A stretch of 63,242 nt of DNA, counting the filler, from Lenisia limosa (taxonomy: Eukaryota > Protista > Breviatea): assembly GCA_001655205.1 (NCBI GenBank). It is 10 parts of 10 records of this genome, joined end to end, with 100 filler letters (N's around TTAATTAATTAA, not from the genome) between each part and the next. Parts side by side here need not be neighbours in the genome. Positions count along the whole stretch, not along the records: positions 50,371 to 53,501 come from LPNZ01001447.1; positions 53,602 to 54,808 come from LPNZ01001894.1; positions 54,909 to 63,242 come from LPNZ01000585.1; 7 more parts are not named here. One strand, written 5' to 3'. Below are positions 50,834 through 63,242 of this stretch, piece by piece. How positions within the stretch are numbered: the first letter of the stretch is position 1; each line of letters starts with the position of its first letter. Under the pieces are notes generated by a model. The model was not told where the DNA came from. It worked only from the letters and a program-made list of their open reading frames with translations, and did not search any database. Position numbers and translations under genes: made by a program.

Positions 50834-53205
50834 CGAGCTGTTCTCACCGCCTTCAACAGCAAGTTCATCTGCAATTACGTTTCCTCGGATTCCTGCTGTG
50901 TCAACAGAACATGTGGAAAAGAGATCAACTTAAAAATTACAGCAAATAATGCGTTTATTTTAACAAAATGGGGAAAGCAATAAGATTCCAATTTTTCGTG
51001 AAAGCTAATATTGATAAAAGTCAACAAGAATGATGGTAATGGTGTTGTTATAATATGATATATATCATATATATATAGATAGAATATGTATGATAATATG
51101 CCTTTGATATAGTACAAGTATAAAATCACTTTTGTATTGATATATCATATGATATACAGATAAGTATTGACCGATTTTCTTAGGAAAATCAAATAGAAAA
51201 GCGGTCAAGACTTATCCCGGTCACTGTACATACATATATTAGAGAGCCTCCAACCTGCATGCCCTTTCACGTAGGTGAAGCCAACAGGGGCTAAAACGTC
51301 AAAATTCCACATGATTGTAACCAGGGTAATTATCACTTTAATCTCATCTCTTGCAATTCGGATTATTATCAAAATCAACTTAATTTATATATGGAACTTC
51401 AACAAAACTACGCTTCATCTCCCTTTTCACCTCACTCCCCTCTTTATCCCTTTTGCTTTTGATTACCATTCTTGCTCCGTCTCCTTGCCCACCTTTTTGC
51501 CACTTTCCCCCCTCATCCCTTTCACTCTCATTACCCTTCTTACCTCGATGAAGAGCCAGTTCCCTGTCCATTTCAATCCAAAGCTCCTTGTTCTTAATGT
51601 CACGATCCCAGTTGTTCCGCTTCCATCCTTGGATCCACTCTGTCACGCTCTGGACGGTGAAATGAAAGGTGTTTCGTTTTTGGTTAAAGCAGGTTTCCCA
51701 ACTTGTCATCTTATCCAGCAAATACTACATTTTGGTCGAAAAATGCTACAATCACTCCAAATTCAAGAGAAAAAAAACCTAACTCAAATGTTACATTGAG
51801 TACGTTAAGAGCACCACACATTAAATAAATAAAATCTAAGGATGGACAAAAACAATACAGAGGTTTATAGAAATAATCATGTAATATGAAATAGTACAAT
51901 AGTATATCATATGATATCATATGATATGCCAGTCCACCAGTGATATGAGCGACAATTGAGTCGTAGTGAACGATTTCGAATTGTCACGTGGGACATACTA
52001 AATATCATATTGTAACTTGAGATTCACTTTTCAGAAGCTTTAACCTCAAATTGTTAAAATAACTTCTTCAATATATACTATCATATACTGTATCTTGATG
52101 TAAATCATGTCATTATACTGATAACACCGACCTGTATCACGTGCTGGCTATCACTAAAGATTTCAAGGGGGTCCATGGTGTTGTGTTTGTTGTGCTGCTT
52201 CAGAGCGACGATAATGGCCTAACAAAATAATGTTCGATAATGGCCTAAAACAAAATAAATAAGTTTGATAATAGCAATCTGTGTCTGGAAGCCATATACT
52301 ATACTGAGGGCTTCACTCTGGTGAGAAAAAGTTCGGGTAAATCATCGAAATATATCATATGTATACACCGATAATTTATCAAGAAATTAAGTTATTTCTG
52401 GATCAGAGTGAAGTCAAATGCAATTAATACACATTCTTATGAAAATCCGCCGTCTTGGTTTTATATCCCTTCCCTCACCTTCATCTCCCAAGTGGATATG
52501 TATTGGTAGGATAAATAAATAGAATGCCATCTCCCCAGTACATTCGTCTCAGTCTTGGAGTTTGTGGATATGAAATACATCAAAAATGACTCTGTGCAAT
52601 GAATCAAAACCCCTTTTCAGACGCTTTAATTTCTAATGTTGTCAATTAATTTCTTAAAAAAATTATTTGCACGGAGCCCTAATATCTAGAAATATTTGAT
52701 ATGATTGGATAAAAATCATGCCATAAATACGGCAGTTACCCCCTCACTTGCATCTCTGCCCTATTGTTTGTTGGCCGAGCGCTGTGACGAAAAATGGGAA
52801 TAGGTTAAAATGAAAATTTAGCATAATAAACGATGCAAAGAAGAGTATGTATTACACGACTTGCTTTCATTTCATCTCCATATCATACTATACGTAGTGC
52901 ATAAAAAAAAAAAAACTGGTTAAATGAATGCACTGTCCTTCAAATACTAAATACATAATTAATTTAGGACTGCTTGCAATTTCAAAATTGAAATTGAGAC
53001 AAATTGTAATGAGAATGCGATTTTGGCCATTTTAAATACACATTTGTAAATTAAATTCCCCAAAAAAATTCAATTGTACTGAGCCAAATAAATTGACCAA
53101 AATAGTTGTAAATGATCACTTGAGCTTACACGAGGGGCAATGACATGTCTCTTAAACTCGAGTTCACCCAATGCACACCAATCCCCGCTTGGCTCCCACC
53201 GCGAC
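50834..53205 (-). CDS. RNASEH1: Ribonuclease H1 catalytic domain, six exons (exon with the first catalytic Asp not found, probably off scaffold)
   Basis: Phase-consistent exons 53205-53130, 52781-52748, 52218-52132, 51649-51544, 51290-51255 and 50892-50834 splice to ...AGIGVHW...PTNNRAEMQAIIVALKQ...LEIFSDSQHVIQSVTEWIQGWKRNNW...KNKELWIEMDREL...FTYVKGHAGIRGNVIADELAVEGG. Confidence 0.9.
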
Positions 53206-53339
53206 CTGCAAATAATGAGAACGTTTTTCGGGGGATCATTCTGCCCAACTACCCGTATAAATAATACAGTAACACCCTACCCCCTTCAATTTTGAAATCT
53301 GATGCTACAAAAGATACAACACAATCCAATATGTTCATA

Positions 53340-53410
53340 TATATAAATAGCAATGAGAAATAAAAAATAAGTTTGTATCTGGCCAAAGCCGTCTACATCA
53401 TCACGCTTAT
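53340..53410 (+). repeat. Dispersed ~70-bp repeat family C with a GGC-CGAA-GCC mini-hairpin, representative copy
   Basis: Consensus ATAGCAATGAGAAATAAAATAAGGTTGTATCTGGCCGAAGCCGTCCACACCATCACG. Copies or fragments near 18140, 19390, 19775, 20245-20375, 23135, 24545, 25865, 28725, 46025, 50780 and 60763, in both orientations. Confidence 0.85.
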
Positions 53411-53601
53411 AAGAGATATTGGATTATAGTATAATATAAATTCACCCTATCATGTATACATATTTCTACATATGATATATACTATATCATATATCATATA
53501 GNNNNNNNNNNNNNNNNNNNNNNNNNNNNNNNNNNNNNNNNNNNNTTAATTAATTAANNNNNNNNNNNNNNNNNNNNNNNNNNNNNNNNNNNNNNNNNNN
53601 N

Positions 53602-54725
53602 TTGACTCCTCCGCAGCGCCTAGTCCTCACACCCACCCCGCCTTCGTCTACTGCCACCTCTCCCACCAAGCCTGAAAAGCCAGAAAAACCACATCAACGC
53701 AAGACTATGAAGTTCTCACTCGTGGGTTGGGTGTAGGGCAATCGATATTTTCAGGTCTTTTTTGTACGGGAGTGAAGCCCTAACTAGGGCTTCGCTTTCG
53801 GTTCCAACAGACATGTACAATCTCGATATTTATCGAGGATTTATCGAGAATTCAGTTTTTTTGGAACCGAAAGTGAATCTATGTTTTTGGATTCAACATG
53901 CAACAACAACAAAAAAGCCTGAATCAACTCTGTTGCAGCTAACTACGGCTTCCCTTCGGTTCGAAAAAAGACTGAATCTCTCGATAAATCCTCGATAAAT
54001 ATCGATATTAAAACGATACTTTTCGGAAGCCCTCGGGTGTGTTTTGAATACTTTTCTTTTGCACATAGCGTTCTTAATCATTTCCTCTCATATAATCATC
54101 ACCATCATTATTATTGTTATTATTATTGTTATTATTATTGTTATTATTGTCATCACTATTCCAGGCACTGAAAGAAACAGTCATGCTCAATCCTGAGGCC
54201 CCAGTTTCCGAGCAAATGGCGGTACGCTGCGCTGGTGTTGATTAGGGCTTCATTTCGGTTCAAAAGACTGGATTTCTCGATAAATCCTCGAAAACTATCG
54301 CTATTATACCAGTCTTATTCTTACCGAAGTGAAGCCCTAGGGTTACTATTGGTGTATGCATGTCAATATGATAATCCTGAAAATGGATGAATTCACCGAT
54401 AAATCAACTACATAATCACAAAAAAAGACCATCTTTCAAGTCAACACATCTGCAATGTAATAGAAGTATTATTCATAAGATACATTTTTCTTCTTCATAA
54501 AAAGATGACTTTCTCGCCCGACGCTATTTCATACGAAAAACTACCCTGTGGAATTTTCCCGAAGCCTCATTTTAATTATTTTTTTCCAAAACCAAAAAAA
54601 AGGACCGAACCACCTTAAACTCACCACGATCAGGAGATCTGCAAGGCTTTCAAAATCACACTCAAAAACCCGAGATTATGCGCCATCAAACCCCATGAAG
54701 GCGATGACCCCTTCAATTGTTCTGG
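53602..54725 (+). CDS. Unidentified gene fragment (three exons separated by MITE-filled introns)
   Basis: LTPPQRLVLTPTPPSSTATSPTKPEKPEKPHQRKTMKFSL|ALKETVMLNPEAPVSEQMA|EICKAFKITLKNPRLCAIKPHEGDDPFNCS, with GT-AG boundaries in phase. Confidence 0.55.
54107..54150. repeat. (ATT/GTT)n microsatellite
   Basis: ttattattgttattattattgtt... run. Confidence 0.85.
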
Positions 54726-54908
54726 TTAGGGGATATGACTATACAGCGTATCGTATGGTTTATCTGAAAAACTCATAAATTTTTCAATTCTATCCCCCCC
54801 CCCCCCCCNNNNNNNNNNNNNNNNNNNNNNNNNNNNNNNNNNNNNNNNNNNNTTAATTAATTAANNNNNNNNNNNNNNNNNNNNNNNNNNNNNNNNNNNN
54901 NNNNNNNN

Positions 54909-55500
54909 TTAAATCACCCAATCATTTGCCTTACAACTCGACCAAAAAGCAGTCAAAACACAGAGGGTCTTTTATCTATGTGAAGATTCCATCCAACAAT
55001 GAACAACATACCATTTGATCGTCCTGAAGCATTTCATTCTCCATTTCCATCTCATCAAGGTCATTCTGAAACTGCGACTGGAGTTGGAGAGAGAACGAGT
55101 CCTTCGAGAATGGCTGAACAGGGGCTTGAACTTGTGAGCTTTCCTGCGGTACCAGTCCTTGAGGTTGTGGAGGCGACTTCTGTGTCGGCTGGGTCTGTGG
55201 AGTGGCTAAAAAGTCAGCGATAAGCACAGCAAGGTGACTTGATCAAGACCAACCTTTCCCAAATAGAAGGCGACGTTTTTCAGGGGTCTGGGGTCCTAAA
55301 GCGTAATAAACCATGTTCAACAGGAGTTTTTTATTAGTTTAACAGTATTGAAAAGGGGGAAGGCAACGGAGAGTTCTTTGTTGCTGCAAACCTTCCATCT
55401 CCCGCATCATCTCCTCTTCTTCGTCTAAATAGTTATCCATCTCCATCATTTGCTCCTGCTCATCAGCGAGCATCATGGCTTCGAACTCATCATCTTCCAT
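54909..55500 (-). CDS. 5' end of an unidentified gene with an acidic Met/Glu/Asp-rich N-terminus
   Basis: ATG at 55500-55498: MEDDEFEAMMLADEQEQMMEMDNYLDEEEEMMREME. Downstream exons include TPEKRRLLFG and SFSLQLQSQFQNDLDEMEMENEMLQDDQM|GT. Truncated by the scaffold start. Confidence 0.65.
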
Positions 55501-55743
55501 TGTGAAACCGCCAAAAAAAAGACGGCTTGCTTCTCTCACAAACACTTTTTTTACGCAATATTTACATACAATAGAAATTAAAAAAACAAATTAAACTCGT
55601 AAAATACAGATTCAAAGAACTACAAGTGACAATCCAGCATTTAAATAATTTACGAAATTATTTTACTGAACTGAACTGCCATCACCCATTTTCTTTTTAG
55701 CTTTCAAGTTTCAAAATAGCTTCCCTTTTAGAAACCGTTTAAG
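55501..55743. promoter_or_regulatory. Putative bidirectional promoter (243 bp) between divergent ATGs
   Basis: AT-rich interval between the minus-strand ATG at 55500 and the RPL18 ATG at 55744. Inferred from gene geometry only. Confidence 0.55.
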
Positions 55744-56648
<905 letters not shown>

Positions 56649-57116
56649 GCATCCCCAATACAACGGTTTCTCACTCCCGAAAAAAGTTGTTTTCAGATGT
56701 AGGGTTATTTACAACTTTCAAATGGCTTCTCTATTTGATCAGGGGTTTTTCTTGCGGTTTCTGGACTTCAAGCAAGAATGTGGGATTTGGGTAGAATGTC
56801 TTCTCCTTTCTCTTCTTGCTTTCTCCTCTGAAAAGAAATAATAGAACACGTGAGTGGTTTTATCGAGGCACATACTCTCTTTTAGCCCCTCTTCCATCTG
56901 ATCACCAGCCCTTCACCTCAATACGTAAACCTTTTTCTCTTATCACAAAACTCCAGTGATTACCGTCTCTTCCCCCTTCAGCTCTTAGGAAATTGTCACC
57001 ACTCCCTTGTCAGATCATATTCATGAGGTGAAACTGTGAAACAAATGAAACAAATAAATCAACATCAAAAATCAAAAAAGGAAACACTCAACCATATAAC
57101 CATCTCATATCAAACA

Positions 57117-61594
<4,478 letters not shown>

Positions 61595-61851
61595 CACTGA
61601 TACTTGTTATTTAAGTCTGCGCTGAGTAGAGGTCCAGAGGTCCTTTCGGCAAGCATAAAAAGACGGCCAATTTAGGCACCTGGAGGTCCCCTTTTGGTAT
61701 TTAGAGAAAAATAATCGATTTTAAAATTCCTTAGTTTGACAGCAATATAGGGTTAAATAACCATTAATCTGCAAACCTTGTTGGTAAGCAGCCCATAAAA
61801 TAGCAGCATAAGAAGATTTAAGAACATACATAGTTGTTTATTTCTTCTACA
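61595..61851. promoter_or_regulatory. Putative bidirectional promoter (257 bp) between NDOR1 and NCKX
   Basis: Head-to-head ATGs at 61594 (-) and 61852 (+). Inferred from geometry only. Confidence 0.55.
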
Positions 61852-62735
61852 ATGCTTGCTTCTCTTCTGTTGAGAAGGGGACTTCCACTAGTATGTATTA
61901 TTGGTGTGTTCTCTATTCTACAAGCCTTCCTTGGTTCCGAAACCTCTATTCGTGACGTTCTCTCCGGTGGATCTTCAACATGCGACTCAAGCTTTGATGA
62001 GTCGTGGTATGCAATCCCTATTTACAGTTTTGGTGTCTTCTACATGTTTTTGGGCCTTGCTATCATTTGTGATGACTACTTCGTCGGTTCTCTCGAAGCA
62101 ATCTCTGAAGCGCTCTCTCTTTCCGAAGATGTTGCAGGTGCAACCTTCATGGCTGCTGGATCATCAGCGCCTGAATTGTTCACCTCTATTATGGCTGTGT
62201 TCGGTACTGAGAATGATGTTGGTGTTGGTACCATCGTTGGAAGTGCTGTCTTCAATATTCTGCTCATTATTGGAGTTTCAGCAGCAGTTGCTGGCCCAAT
62301 CATGGTTCTTGACTGGAGACCGCTTGTTCGTGATTCCCTCTACTACCTCTTCTCCATCCTCCTACTTGCCAGATTCTTTGGTGATGATGTTGTTGAGTTC
62401 TGGGAGGCATGCTGTCTTCTCGGCGCGTACGTTGGCTACATTCTTCTGATGGTTATCAACGGAAAAATCTTCAAGCTGTGCGAACCCAAGAAGGAGGAGG
62501 AGGAGGTTGTTGAGCCAACTCCTGAGCCCAATGATGCTATGCGCAGACGTGTTACCTTCAAGGTTTGTTATTTTCGTCCAGAAGGACTGTTGCGTTTCAA
62601 AGGTCATTTCACTCCATGATCCCGCTTTTCATAATAACCTCTCTGTAGGCAGCTGTAACTGCTGTTATCCTTGCCCGTGTGCGATTCCCGAAGCTTCTTG
62701 AAAGAGCCGGTTCCGAGCCGATTCAAGAGCCTGAA
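61852..62735 (+). CDS. NCKX: K+-dependent Na+/Ca2+ exchanger (NCKX/SLC24 family), 5' part; continues beyond the window
   Basis: Exon 61852-62562 contains the alpha-1 repeat LAIICDDYFVGSLEAISEALSLSEDVAGATFMAAGSSAPELFTS..DVGVGTIVGSAVFNIL..LDWRPLVRDSLYY. Next exon 62649-62735 reads AAVTAVILARVRFPKLLERAGSEPIQEPE. Confidence 0.93.
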
Positions 62736-63242
62736 GTGTGTGGGACGTGTGGACTTTATTTGCTGTTCGACGTGTCGGATGATTAGTTTGGTAGATTGTT
62801 CTCGAATATGTTTCATATTATCGAAGAAAGAATATTTTTGGGATTGCTATGTGATCAACAACTTGCTTTCAACCAATTTGCGAAATCGTGCCTCTTGTTG
62901 CTATTTTTATTTTGTGTGGAATTTTTCCGATTCTCAATCTTCCCAACACATTCCTATTTGCATGTTCGTTTGAGGTTTTAATCTGATTATTTTCTGTATT
63001 CAATGAGATGCCTTGTATTTTTACCATTCAATTTGGTTACAAAAACATGCTACGTGATGGGATGCGTTCTCACCTGGCTATTTTGTTTTGTGTTGATATC
63101 AACCCTCGTGTGTTTTTCATAAATTTTCCAATTTTACCTAAGCTGGAGTGATGGATGGGATACGGTGCTGTAGAAGCGACTGGTCTGGGCTTTGTTTGTT
63201 TTGTTGTATTCAACCCTGTTACCGATGGCATGTGGTTATGAA

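Noticed and set aside
50834-53205. RNase H as a retrotransposon relic
   Set aside because: Phase-consistent spliceosomal exons, an intact frame and no RT, integrase or LTR nearby favour a cellular gene.
54909-55500. Naming this gene CTF18 or POLD1
   Set aside because: The acidic N-terminus loosely resembles both (KRRLLF; SQFQNDLDEMEME) but no catalytic domain is present in the window.

Overview
Intron-rich eukaryotic (most likely protist) genomic DNA with GT-AG spliceosomal introns; standard code (TAA, TAG and TGA all seen as stops). The window is not contiguous. Nine artificial 100-bp spacers (N44-TTAATTAATTAA-N44) join about ten separate scaffolds: 1-13123, 13224-17949, 18050-26596, 26697-30540, 30641-38802, 38903-47767, 47868-50270, 50371-53501, 53602-54808 and 54909-63242. 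There are also ordinary N gaps. Because exons are short, most real genes are invisible or fragmentary in the ORF track. Genes rebuilt by hand splicing: RPL18 (complete), NDOR1/Tah18-type diflavin reductase (complete, minus strand), an NCKX/SLC24 exchanger (5' part), RNase H1 (partial), a HERC/UBE3A-type HECT E3 ligase with a very large low-complexity insertion inside the HECT N-lobe, a giant coiled-coil protein, a disordered protein with 13 xQT (LC8-like) motifs, and several unidentified multi-exon genes. Introns carry at least four dispersed repeat families: a hAT-like MITE (8-bp TSD), a Tc1/pogo-like MITE (TA TSD) and two non-TIR families. The most unusual region is scaffold 30641-38802. It holds intron-containing pogo-like (DDE_1) transposase genes, two of them facing inward from the scaffold ends. 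Between them lie an SLX1-like GIY-YIG nuclease, a divergently oriented spliced gene with a weak helicase-like motif, a GGTTACC/GGTAACC repeat array and further palindromes. No rRNA, tRNA or CRISPR array was recognised. All exon models are manual and no database search was run.
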